Assembly: GCA_943704425.1 (NCBI GenBank)
Contig: CALSCP010002404.1
Span: 1 to 42,843, forward strand
Length of the DNA stretch: 42,843 bases
From: Ministeria vibrans ATCC 50519
Taxonomy: Eukaryota > Protista > Filasterea
Reading direction: 5' to 3'
Shown: piece by piece, positions 24,601 through 41,508 of the stretch
Layout of the letters: every line of letters begins with the position of its first letter
Position numbering within the stretch: position 1 is the first letter of the stretch
Notes under the pieces: generated by a model
What the model was told of the DNA's origin: nothing
Databases searched by the model: none
Seen by the model: only the letters and a program-made list of their open reading frames with translations
Position numbers and translations under genes: made by a program

Positions 24601-24916
24601 GAGTGCCGAGTACCGTTGTGTGCCGTCGGCGGCGCAGAAGATGGTGGCACTCGTGAGCGGAGTGTTGCTGCAACACGAGAAAATGCTTCCGGTGACGGCC
24701 AAAGGCGAGGCCTGGGCACCCGGCAAGGTGGTCGCCGAGCTCGTCAAGGAGCGCGTTGGGCGAGTGCTTGGCGATCGCCCTCTGGCTCAGCTTCTCTGCG
24801 AGTACATGGATGGCAAGACGGTGTGTCATGTGTACCGCCTCAGTGGCATTCCCAACCGCCACGGTCATTCCAACGAGAATCCCTTTTTGGGTCTTGCTTC
24901 GCGTTGGGATGCGTAA
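21620..24916 (+). CDS. Large vWA (MIDAS) domain protein with uncharacterised C-terminal region (2 exons)
   Basis: VLLVLDRSGSM, MTNFAAAF, VVV|FLTDG (intron about 21999-22094), IHAIGFG; helical middle region; C-terminal HVYRLSGIPNRHGHSNENP. Confidence 0.85.
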
Positions 24917-25044
24917 CATGGTGTTTTGTTTGATTGTGTTGCATTACTTGATACGAGTACAGGAGTTTCGTGTATTTTTTTTCGAAAATAGAGCAGTGTA
25001 CAGAAAAATGTGCGTGCATGCGTGCGTGCGTGCGTGTGTGTGTA

Positions 25045-25090
<46 letters not shown>

Positions 25091-25102
25091 CGCTTCTTAT
25101 GA

Positions 25103-26370
25103 TTAGTCTTTGTGTTGAATGAAAATATCGACAAGCTGATTGAGGGTGGGATTGGAGCGGATGCTCATAATCTCCTGGCGATGGAGTGCAAGCATGGACT
25201 GCAGCTGGTGTGGCCGCTTGTCGTCGTTGTTGTCGTTGTCGTTGTTGTTGTCGTCGTCTCTTGCTTGATCGTCGGGTACCACGGCCTCCATGCACTCAAT
25301 GAGAGACGCTTCAAACTCTTGGGCATAGACGGCGCGAGCAATAGCGCGCTGTGCCGGGGAGTTGCGAAGTCGTTCGCCCACTTCGCCAATGGTTCCGCAC
25401 AGCATATCGCGACGTAGGGCGACGCAGTCAGGACCATTCACCAGGGAAAGATCGCTGGCATCAATCCACACTGTAAAGCAGTGCCGTTGAAAGGGCGGCA
25501 CGACACGCGTGACACCATGCAAGACTCGGTGGGAGAGAAAGAGCAAGGCACGATCCATTGTGGGTGTGACTTCGACAGGGGGCGCCAGGAAAGGTTGCAA
25601 ACGCACCACTCCACCACGCTGATGAGCCTCGTCCATCTCGTTGAGGTACACCAGTAACGTGACCTGTTGAACACAAAGGTCAAAACGAAGTCAAAACTCA
25701 AGAGTAAAATTACAATAATAAATTGGCAGGTGAATACAAATGAGAACACAGCCGAGGAGGCCAACATCCATTTAACAAAACAGCGCACGACACAGAAAAG
25801 GTCTGGTGTACACATGACACATCGTTTTGACCATGATGATCATGTTTTCAGCGACAATAAAAATCACACGTAACGCATTATAAGAATGTGTGTTGTGACA
25901 ACGCGCTCTCCTACACAGCGTTTGTTGGGGGGTGCTGGGTTGTCGTAGTGCAGCGGAAAGGCCCCTCCCACGTTGCGCTGTAGCTTGATTGTGGTTGAGC
26001 GAGGACCGCGTGCAAGGGACAGTGGCGTGGGCGAAGCGGCCGAGGCGTCCTCCAGCGCACACTGCAAGTCAGGTTCGTCGTATTGGGCGCAGTGTTCAAA
26101 AAGCTCGTGAAACAAAGGCATCTCACGTCGAAGGTGTGCCTCGGGAACGCCGTGTAAGTCGCACTCGACTACGCCCGGCTTGGAGTAGCGCACCGTGCCG
26201 AACTGCGTCGAGTTGGGACTCATGGGAGCGCGAGACATTTCGTCGCGAAGCTGGTGCGCACAGGCACGCCCAAGAAAGTCGTCGAGGACCACGTAGCCAT
26301 CGGCAAGAAGCGCTTCGGTGTGACGGGCAAGTTTTTCGCGGAGGAGTGGCCAGTTGAGGGGAGGGGGCAT
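25103..26370 (-). CDS. 2OG-Fe(II) dioxygenase, EGLN/prolyl-4-hydroxylase-like (2 exons)
   Basis: GYVVLDDFLG; HxD in FPLHYDNP; KRC|VTLLVYLN (intron about 25665-25913); GG; VLHGV (distal His); RHCFTVW (2OG-binding Arg). Confidence 0.88.
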
Positions 26371-26756
26371 GAAAAAATAAAAATAATAATCGAATCGATT
26401 AACTTTTGAGAGTTTGACACCACGAAAAAGAAACAACGACTAGGTAGTCCGCCCCAAGCTCTTGCATGTCGCAAACGCGTAACTGATGCTACCGTATATT
26501 AAAGACGGCAAGCGCCTATAATAAGGCCGGCAGTGGCAGGCCGTTAGTTGTCGGCTTTTCCAAATACATTCGCGCCATTCCGGCCCATACTTTACAAACC
26601 CATGCGCTCAATAGCAGTAAAGCACTGCTAAAGATAACCTATTTAAGAACAAAGCTCGAAATTTTAATTTTGAAATACAAACGCACGTTTTATATCACTT
26701 TAAGCGAAAATCTCTCATCTGTGAAACAAATCTAATATTTGTCTCACAACCCTTGT

Positions 26757-26829
26757 GGGGTTTTAGCTCAGTTGGTAGAGCATTCGCTTCGCATGTGAAA
26801 GGCCGCGAGTTCGATTCTTGCAGACTCCA
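26757..26829 (+). tRNA. tRNA-Ala (anticodon CGC)
   Basis: Cloverleaf with acceptor GGGGTTT/AGACTCC carrying the G3:U70 Ala determinant, D arm GCTC/GAGC, anticodon arm TTCGC-TTCGCAT-GTGAA, T arm GCGAG-TTCGATT-CTTGC, and discriminator A. Confidence 0.96.
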
Positions 26830-26830
26830 C

Positions 26831-26839
26831 TTTTTTTTT
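26831..26839 (+). terminator. RNA polymerase III oligo-T terminator
   Basis: T9 run immediately after the tRNA 3' end. Confidence 0.8.
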
Positions 26840-27314
26840 GTTTTTTTTTTCATGCGCACTTTTGTAGATTTTTTTTTTTGGTTTCGATTAATTAATGATC
26901 ATTACACGATCATACAAATAATTTAATATTTTTTAACACTGATTGACAATGTACAATGACTTAACTTGTTATTGAGACAATGGAGTAGATTGATTATGGA
27001 ATATCATGAATAAGTATTAAGTTAAAGTTTCACAGTTTTTAGTTTGTCTTTCTTTCCTTTCCACTTTCCAGCGTTGGTTGCTGAGTGGGCTTCCTAGATC
27101 TCTAAGATCAGTTGATTAATCTTCTCAGACGGACACACACGCGTCATTTCCTCTTATTGATACACCGTTGACTGGTCTGTCTGTCACGAACACACTCGTC
27201 CTGTAAGAGGCACACGCACGCGATCAAGCACAGCCAAGCACCCACTCACTACCACCACCACCTTCATCGTGCACGGCAGCTCTGCTCGGCTGTCCCCCCG
27301 CCCGCCGTTCGTCC

Positions 27315-28536
27315 ATGGAAGTCTCCGTTGGTGCGACCGTCGGGTTCTCTCTCGGACTCGTCGCGCTCGCCGCCGCTCCCACGCGACTGCACAACACCAC
27401 CAGTCTGTATGCTGGCATGCTCGTTGGCTGCGCCGCGGGCGCCTGCTACGCCGGCCTGTCATTCGGCCAGGCAGTCGCGAGATCAGTTGCTCTCTTCAGT
27501 CTCGCCGTCGCAGTCGTCTTCGCCATCGCCATTGCCATCCACGGTCTCCCGAGCGACCTCAGCGCTCGCACCCTTCTTCCGCGTATCCTGCGCGTCTTTC
27601 ATGCGACGATGAAGCTTTTCTTGCGGTACCACACGACAATCTCTCCTCTTCTTGTTTTGTACTCATCCTAACCAAACTTATTAATCGAATAGTGTGCGTT
27701 ACCTGCACCTCGTCCCTCACCTGTGGATCCCCCCTTCCGCAACTCACATCATCAACGAGCGAGGCCTCTCCCTTGACTTGCATCGACCCAGCGGCGAAGC
27801 GAAAGAGTTACTTCCTGTCGTTGTGTTTGTGTATGGCGGCGCGTGGGGCAGCGGTTCACGCGCACAGTATGCCAAAGCGTGCGGAACGCTTGCTGAGAAG
27901 TGCGGCGCGCTCGTGTGTGTGGGAGACTATCGACTGTCTCCTCACGCGCACTGTGCTGACATGGTAAGCGACGTGCGTGACGCGTTGGTGTGGACTCTTG
28001 AGCATTGTGCGTCGTGGGGCGGCGACCCCTCTCGTGTGTGTGTGGTGGGTCATTCGGCAGGCGCCCATTTGATTGCGCTCACCTTGTTGCGCTGCGCCTC
28101 GCTGTTTCGAGAGCGCATATGCAAAGTGGTGCTTCTCGCGGGTGTCTACGACATCGACAGTCACTATGCGTATGAGCGGTCGTGGGGTGTTGAGTTCATC
28201 TCGCCCATGGCGCCCGCCATGCGCGTCGATGGATTTGCCGAGAACTCTCCGTTAACGCAGGTGGAGCGTCTTGCGTCGGGCGTGTCTTTATGTCGTGGCA
28301 CGGTGCTCGTGGTTCATGGCGACCAGGATGACGTGGTGCCCGTGAGTGCGTCTCTTACGTTTGCCAGTGCCCTTGAGCGCGCGGGACAGCCCACCGAGTG
28401 CGTGGTGCTGCCAGGTGTGGCTCACGCGGCGTTTGTAACGGATCTCATGGCGGGTACTAAGGCGCTACGTTCGCTAGGTGGCCATGCGAGCCTCCTCGAG
28501 CGCATTGTGGAGTGGGTGAGAATACGAGACGTGTAA
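27315..28536 (+). CDS. Alpha/beta hydrolase, isoprenylcysteine methylesterase (ICME)-like, with hydrophobic N-terminus (2 exons)
   Basis: PVVVFVYGGAWGSG, DYRLSP, WGGDPSRV, GHSAGAH, LAGVYDI, VHGDQDDVVP, catalytic His in GVAHA. Exon 1 encodes transmembrane-like helices; intron about 27627-27692. Confidence 0.85.
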
Positions 28537-28784
28537 AAGTCGCAATATGAAAGTATGTCACAGTAAAAAATAATACTGAATTAATATTGTTATTATTATA
28601 ATGAACGAAGTTATACATACAACACTTTCATAGATATAAAAAAACTCATTAGTGCTTATTAGGAACACAAATCACAATAAATAAAAAGTGAATGCGGCCG
28701 TCTCTCTTAAGAATCACAAAAGTTAATATTATTGTGATTCAGTCAACAGATGCTCTGTAAACAGTTACTATATTTTCATCATCC

Positions 28785-31100
28785 ATGTCCAGCGACGAGG
28801 AAGGCGGACGCAAGGGTCCACCCAAGAAAACGAAGCGAGTGGTTGCGACACTGGACACGGGCGCAGCGTCGTCGTCGTCGTCGTCGCCGTCGTTGGCAGC
28901 ATCGTCAGCGCACGGGCCAAGGCCAAAGAAGTGTATGTGCGCCTCTCTGTCCTCCTCGCGCCGCAGCTCGCTGCTCCCGCGCGCTCCTCTGTCGTCCACA
29001 CGCCCCTCCTTCCTTATCTGTCCCTCTTTCTTGTTCTCTCTGCCTGCTGGGTCCTGTTCTATTGTGTTCCTCTTCTTGTTCAACATCAGTGTCTGTGACG
29101 TGTTGTTGTTGCTCTCTCTGACGCCCTTGTCGTGTAGCGTCGCGTCCCATCGAGCCTCTCAGCGAAACAGACGAAGATGCATCCGACGATGATGATGGTG
29201 GTGGCGAGGCCGACGGCGATGGGAACAGCGAGAACGACGAGGAGGGCGAGGAGGACGACGAGAGCAACTACGACGAGGAGGAGCCCGCAAAGCCCGCGAA
29301 AGGGTACGCCGCCCCTGTGGCGCTGAGGTCGTGTCAGCCCCACTATGTGGACTCATCTCTCTTTATGCTCTTTGCAGGGGAAAACGGTCTCGTTCTGACG
29401 ACCCGCTCGCCTCAAAGGTGATGACAGTTCTGTTGTGTTGCTGGGTGGGTTGTTGGTGCATGTCACACACGCAGACATGAGAGATGACACGAAGCGTATG
29501 CGAGGTGTTATGCACATGCAGTCGTGAGAGATGACTCGAAGCGTATGCGAGGTGTTATGCACACGCAGTCGTGAGAGATGACACGAAGCGTATGCGAGGT
29601 GTTATATGGGGGGGGTGTTGTCGCAAATATACTCCCTCTATCACTTAGTTCCTTTCTTCTTCTCTTTTTACCTCTCTCTTTGTGTACTTTGTTCAACTGT
29701 TGATTTCATGTATATTCGACGAATAGCCAGCGAAACGTGCCAAGCCAGCGGCGAAGAAAAATGCGGCGCGTGCGTACTCGGATTCGGGGGATTCGAGTGA
29801 CGGGTATCAATCGGAAGAAGAAGACGTGCAGGTAAGAGAACACGAAGGCGGCGTACAGCAGTCTGAAAATTTGTGTTTTGTATGGCACAGCCCGTTGCGC
29901 CATCCGAGCCGTTTGTGTCTGTCATGCCCGAGGTATCAAGCGCTGTCTCTTATCACGCCCCACAACTTATCGACTTACGTTTGTGTGTGTGTGTGTGTGT
30001 GTGTTTGTGTGCGTGTGTAGAAATGGCACCCGAACACGTTCCATGCGCACGTCGCACACTTCATTGACTACATGAAGCGAACCGTACGATTTTTTTTGTG
30101 TTGTTTCTGATATAATATGATTATAAATATCTCACCCTGATTCAGATGCATCGCATTTTTATCTTTCACTACACATCTCGCCAACTCGTATCTCATTGGC
30201 TCACATGTCTTTCCGTACTCACATATAATTCACACCTTTTTTTGTACTGTCGCTTTCTTTGCGCAAAGTTCAATCATTTGCTCATTCCGCTGTCTCCAAG
30301 AACTCTCTTACCCACGCAATTACTCAATCGCTGCATATAAAGCGCACCACACTGACCCACTCTCACCAGATCAAGGGGGATGCAGAGCGTTCGGCGAACC
30401 AAGAGACAATGGAGTGCCAGTCTATTGTTGCGGCGGTCAAGGTTGATCCCGACTACATCGAAAAAGAGCAGGACCCAAAGGGTCTGGCTGTTCTCACTGG
30501 CACTGCGGTATCGTCGTTGATCTCAATATTTTATCACGTTTGTCTCTATCACTTTTGTTTCTCTGTCTGTATCACTTTTGTTTCTCTGTCTGTATCACTT
30601 TTGTTTCTCTGTCTGTATCACTTTGTTTCTCTGTCTGTATCACTTTGTTTATCTGTCTGTATCACTTTGTTTCTCTGTCTGTATCACTTTGTTTCTCTGT
30701 CTGTATCACTTTGTTTCTCTGTCTGTATCACTTTGTTTCTCTGTCTGTATCACTTTGTTTCTCTGTCTCTGTCTCTGTCTCTGTCTCTGTCTCTGTGTCT
30801 GTGTCTCTGTCTCTGTGTCTCTGTCTCTCTGTCTATTGGTGTTTATCGGTGTCTCTCTGCGATTCTCCCTTTATATTTTTTCCTGTCACTTTTTTTTCTC
30901 TCTCACGCGTTTGTTCCCTTCTTCCTCATGACATGTAGCAACCGAACATTTTCAAGCGGTACATTAAGCCCTCAAAGGAGTTTAGCACTAGTGAATACGA
31001 GGAGGGTGATGGCGAGGACGACGAGGAGGACTACGAAGAGCAAGGCGAAGAGTTCGAGGTAGAAGAGGATGACTTGGAAGAGGAGGAGGAGGAGGATTAG
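28785..31100 (+). CDS. Acidic/basic low-complexity protein of unknown function (7 exons)
   Basis: Seven phase-compatible GT-AG exons (about 28785-28932, 29138-29303, 29378-29417, 29727-29831, 30021-30083, 30370-30507, 30939-31100) read in one frame; D/E tracts, K/R clusters; ends EEEEEED*. Confidence 0.6.
29478..29604. repeat. Intronic 47-bp minisatellite, about 2.7 copies
   Basis: GAAGCGTATGCGAGGTGTTAT at 29491, 29538 and 29585. Confidence 0.9.
30540..30770. repeat. Intronic 22-23-bp minisatellite, about 10 copies
   Basis: Unit CTGTATCACTTT(T)GTTTCTCTGT; ATCACT at 30548, 30571, 30594, 30617, 30639, 30661, 30683, 30705, 30727 and 30749. Confidence 0.92.
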
Positions 31101-31433
31101 CGCAAGTGTACATAATTGAAGAAAACTCAAGAAACTAAAAACGCCGTCTTTCACTGCTCTCTCTATACTCGTTCGGCCGAGCGACAGTGTAGTTGTGTTG
31201 AGGTAGATATGAAAGTAATTGGGCATTATCATATACGAAAAGCAATAGAGTCAATAGAGAAGTAAATAAGAGAGCTGCAAAGTCAAACCAAAGACAATAT
31301 TAAACAAAGAATATAAGAAAAAATGAGGGTACTAAAGGTTGTTCTCAAGCGAATAATTTAAGGCAATTTGTAAAACGAGTATGGGCTCAGCCACAGCTTT
31401 CACTCTGACTCTTGAGTTGACACTTTTTTTTTG

Positions 31434-37330
<5,897 letters not shown>

Positions 37331-37968
37331 AATACAAAAATAAAAGAATAAGAAAATAAATAGAGAACGAAATCGAGAGCTGTACTCAATGTCAAAACAA
37401 AGCTATATACAAACAGCAATGTAATAATTACGACGATTCCGGCGTAGACTTCAAGACGAGAATGTCTCGAAAGAAATGGACCCACTGAATACTGATACAC
37501 CCATGAGAACTTGAGAAGAATGTACGGAGACCCTGCAGACGGCAGTCCCCGGCGCACCACTAACATCAATATACGATCAGTCATCATCATGATTAATTAT
37601 TACATTACTGATGATGCAAAAATCACAGGTCATCGTGATGCACAGCCAAACGACTATAAAACATTCCGATCAAATCCATTTCAAATCACTTTTCTTCTAC
37701 TCTTTCCCAGACTTTCACACACCACTCCTATCGGTACCCACACATGTCTTTCCCTTTTGATTGTCCTTTTTTTCTTCTTTTTTTTCTTTGTGTTTTTCTT
37801 TTCTTTTTACACTCTCACGCCATTTTCTGCGCGTTGGCGCACACTAACTGGGCTCCATTATGCACCCTCCTCTGCCTACACCGACTCCTCTGCTTTCTGC
37901 ACAACGTTTTGATCCTCTTTCGCTAAGTTTGACTCTTTTTTTTTCTTCTTTTTTTTCTCTCGTTAGAA

Positions 37969-40791
37969 ATGTCGAAAATGAGCTCATCATCGAGTGATTC
38001 CAAGGCTCAGCAGAACCTGTACCGGATCCCCCCGTACTTCTACATCCATGGTAAGTGCTTGCGGGCGCTGCTGGCCTGTGCGCTGTCGTTTGGCTCATTC
38101 GCTCTCTCTTTTCCGCAGTTCTTGACCAGAACAGCAACATCACCCGTGTTGAGGAGGGTCCCATGACCTTTATCCGCCAGGACAACGAGAAAGTCATCAT
38201 TGGACCCGAACGGTATGACAAATCCTCTTTTTTTTTTTTTTTCTGCTGACTCACTCTCTTTTGTTATTATATTTTTATATTATTGTATTATTGTTCTTTT
38301 GATGGATTAGGATGATCACTGTGCCGCCTCGTCATTACTGCATTGTGAGCAACCCTGTGCTTCGTGACGAGAAGGGCGATGTCGTGTTTGCCCATGGACA
38401 GGCCAAGCTCCGCTACGGCGACACAGAGATTCGCTTGACACAGGTGAGAAACAATATGATTTTGTTATTATTATTGTCGTATTATTTATATCCACTAATG
38501 AAACATTCTCCACATAGGAACCTTTCCCGCTGTACCCCGGCGAGAATGTGGTGAAGCAAATTACAGCACTGGCCATTGTGAATGCAAACGCGGCGCTGCG
38601 TCTGCAGGCAGTGCTCGACTTCGCCGACGAGAAGGGCATCGATCGCGTCGCGGGCGACGAGTGGCTCTTTGAGGGTCCCGGCACCTATCTGCCGCGCGTC
38701 GAGGTGCAAGTGGTGGAGACACTGCGCGCCACCATTATCCGCCCACAGCAGGCGCTGCGTCTGCGCGCCCGAAAGGATTGCACTGACCGCGAGGGCAACA
38801 AGCGCGTCACCGGCGAGGAGTGGATTGTGCGCAAGGTGGGTGCCTACCTGCCGGGTGCTGACGAGGAGGTTGTCAAGACAGTCGATGCCTTTGTGCTGAC
38901 CGACAAGAAGGCGCTGCATCTGTCTGCGACGCGCTCTTTTGTCGACGACTACAAGGTGGAGCGCAAGAGCGGCGAGGAGTGGCTCATCACGCTCAAGGAC
39001 ACCGAGACGCACATTCCCAGCGTCTACGAGGAGGTCATTGGCGTCGTTCCCATCACGACGCTTACCAACCGCGAGTACGCGATTGTGGTGGACCCCGTTG
39101 GCGAGGATGGCAAGCCGCAGCTGGGCCAGAAGAAGTTGGTGCGCGGCGAGATGTCCTTCTTTTTGCTGCCGGGAGAGTCACTTGAGGGTGGCGTGCAAGG
39201 TCTGTTTGTCCTTGGTGAGGACGAGGGACTCATTTTGCGCGCGAACGAACAGTTTAAGGAGGGCAACGTCGCACGCGAGCCCGGCGACCGCTGGATGATT
39301 CGCGGTCCCGCCGAGTACGTGCCACCCTGTGCCGTCACCGTGGTGCAGAAGCGCAAGGCGATTCCCCTCGACGAGAACGAGGGCATCTACGTGCGTGACA
39401 CCAAGACGGGCCGCGTGCGCTCCGTGTGCGGACAGACCTACATGCTCAACGAGAACGAAGAGCTCTGGTCCAAGGAACTGCCCAAGGCCATTGAGGATCT
39501 GCTCGCTGGTGGTCGCGACCCCGTGGCCGATCGCAACGCCAAGGGTTCCTCGTCCGCGTCCAGCTCGTCCTCTGGGTCAGCGGGCGCCACAAGCACAACC
39601 AAGCGCGACAAGACACGCGTCATCAACTTCCGCGTGCCCCACAACGCCGCCGTGCAAATCTACGACTACAAGGAGAAGAAGGCACGCGTCGCCTACGGTC
39701 CCGACCTCGTCATGTTGGGACCCGACGAGCAATTTACGCAGCTGTCGCTCAGTGGCGGCAAGCCCAAGCGCCCGAACCAGATTCGCTCGCTTGTGCTCCT
39801 GCTCGGCCCCGACTTCTGCACCGACGTTATTACCATTGAGACAGCCGACCATGCGCGCCTCCAACTGCAGCTGTCGTACAACTGGCACTTTGACGTTGAC
39901 CGCACTGGCGAGTCGGCCGACGCCGAAAAGATCTTCTCGGTGCCCGACTTTGTGGGCGACGCATGCAAGGCGATTGCGAGTCGCGTGCGCGGTGCCGTCG
40001 CCGCTGTCAACTTTGACGACTTCCACAAGAACTCAGCCAAGATTATTCGCTCGTCCGTCTTCGGCGTGTCCGAGGACGGCAAGGTGCGCGACCGCTTCTG
40101 CTTCCCGGCCAACAAGCTGGTGATCACGTCGATTGATATTCAGTCGGTGGAGCCGGTGGACCAGCGCACGCGCGACGCCCTTCAAAAGTCGGTGCAACTT
40201 GCCATTGAGATTACGACCAACTCACAGGAGGCGACGGCGCGCCACGAGGCGGAGCGACTCGAACAGGAGGCCAAGGGACGTCTGGAGCGCCAGAAGATCA
40301 ACGACGAGGCGGAGGCAGAGAAGTCACGCAAAGAACTGCTTTTGCTACAGGCGGCGTCGGCAGCCGTCGAGAGCACGGGTCAGGCCAAGGCGGAGGCACA
40401 GTCGCGTGCTGAGGCTGCCCGCATTGAGGGCGAGGCGGCCGTCGAGCAGGCGCGTCTCAAGGCGCAGGCAAGCGAGATTGAGGCGCAAAGCGAACTGACC
40501 CGTCTCACCGAGGCTCGCGGTGCCGAGAACAAGTACATTGGCGAGACGAACGAAATGGAGATTGCCAAATCGCAAGAGATGGCCAAGATTGAGACGGGCA
40601 AGTTCAAGTCGATGGTGGATGCACTCGGAGCGGACACACTGCGTGCCATTGCGACGGCAGGCCCTGAGATGCAGGTCAAGCTGCTGCAGGGTCTGGGCAT
40701 CAAGAGCACTCTCATTACCGACGGAAACTCCCCCATCAACCTCTTCCAGACCGCTCAGGGTCTTATTGGCGGTGCGACTGGCCAGCAGTGA
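37969..40791 (+). CDS. MVP: Major vault protein (exons 37969-38050, 38119-38212, 38312-38443, 38518-40791)
   Basis: [10 protein letters not shown]|VLDQNSN; vault repeats ([29 protein letters not shown]); shoulder [19 protein letters not shown] and [23 protein letters not shown]; cap helix; [12 protein letters not shown]. Confidence 0.98.
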
Positions 40792-41508
40792 TGAGCAGTG
40801 GTTCTTTTTTGTTCTCTTATTATTTTTCTTCTTCTCAGTACATACACAAGCATTATTATCCAACCACTAATAAATTTTAAGAATACTGCAAATCAATAAT
40901 AATGATAATGATAATTATAATAATAATAATAATAAAATGAATAAGAATGATAAAAATAATAATAATAATAATAATTCTACTCCTCCAACTCCCATTTCCA
41001 TTCCACTGACTGATTCACAATTTTGACCGACTGTCCGACTCGGGCGACTCCTCACTCAGTGATTTTTTTGTATCTTTTCCCTCTGTGAGTCGATGCAAGT
41101 TGCCACACTGCTGGTGGTGGTGGTGGCCACGACCTTCACGGCTCTTTTGCTCCCGGCTGGCGTCAATGCGGCCGCACAAGTCACTCAAAAGGTACAGTGG
41201 AAGTAAAAATGGGTTCTTTCGAGCACTTCCATGGTACGCTGCATCGCAATTCGCGTATGATTGTCTTTGCAAAACTCACTCAAGGCAACTGTCCTCGATT
41301 GAAGCTGGGAGTTGTCTTACGTCAACGAGATGTCAACTCACGTCAAAAAAAAAAGAAAAAAAAAAACATCGGAGTTGGCTGATAAGTCGAAAGACACATA
41401 CAATATACGTTACAGACGTGGATGAGATCTAAATTGACTTGCAATTGGCAACTATACGCTGCTCCATCGATTTGTTTCTGGCAATTTCGTTTTTTTTCGT
41501 GTGTTCAG

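Noticed and set aside
21620-24916. vWA gene as vault PARP (PARP4) because MVP is nearby
   Set aside because: No BRCT, PARP catalytic or clear VIT domain is seen; only the vWA is shared.
26530-26580. U4 snRNA-like words (GCAGTGGCAG, CTTTTCCAAATAC) and a 5S-like ACGGCC on the minus strand
   Set aside because: Spacing is wrong, and the kink-turn, Sm site and remaining 5S conserved blocks are absent.
26757-26829. Vault RNA or tRNA-derived SINE
   Set aside because: It is a complete canonical cloverleaf with Ala identity elements, so a normal tRNA.
30259-31062. Hydrophobic repeat ORFs (SLSVSLCFSVCITLFLCLYHFV)
   Set aside because: They are translations of an intronic 22-bp minisatellite; only the flanking exon parts are coding.
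38582-40870. Alternative-frame and antisense ORFs overlapping MVP and other GC-rich genes
   Set aside because: These are the expected shadow ORFs of GC-biased codon usage and have no independent motifs.
41015-41500. Short ORFs downstream of MVP as a transposon or pseudogene remnant
   Set aside because: No recognisable transposase/RT motifs, terminal repeats or consistent reading frame.
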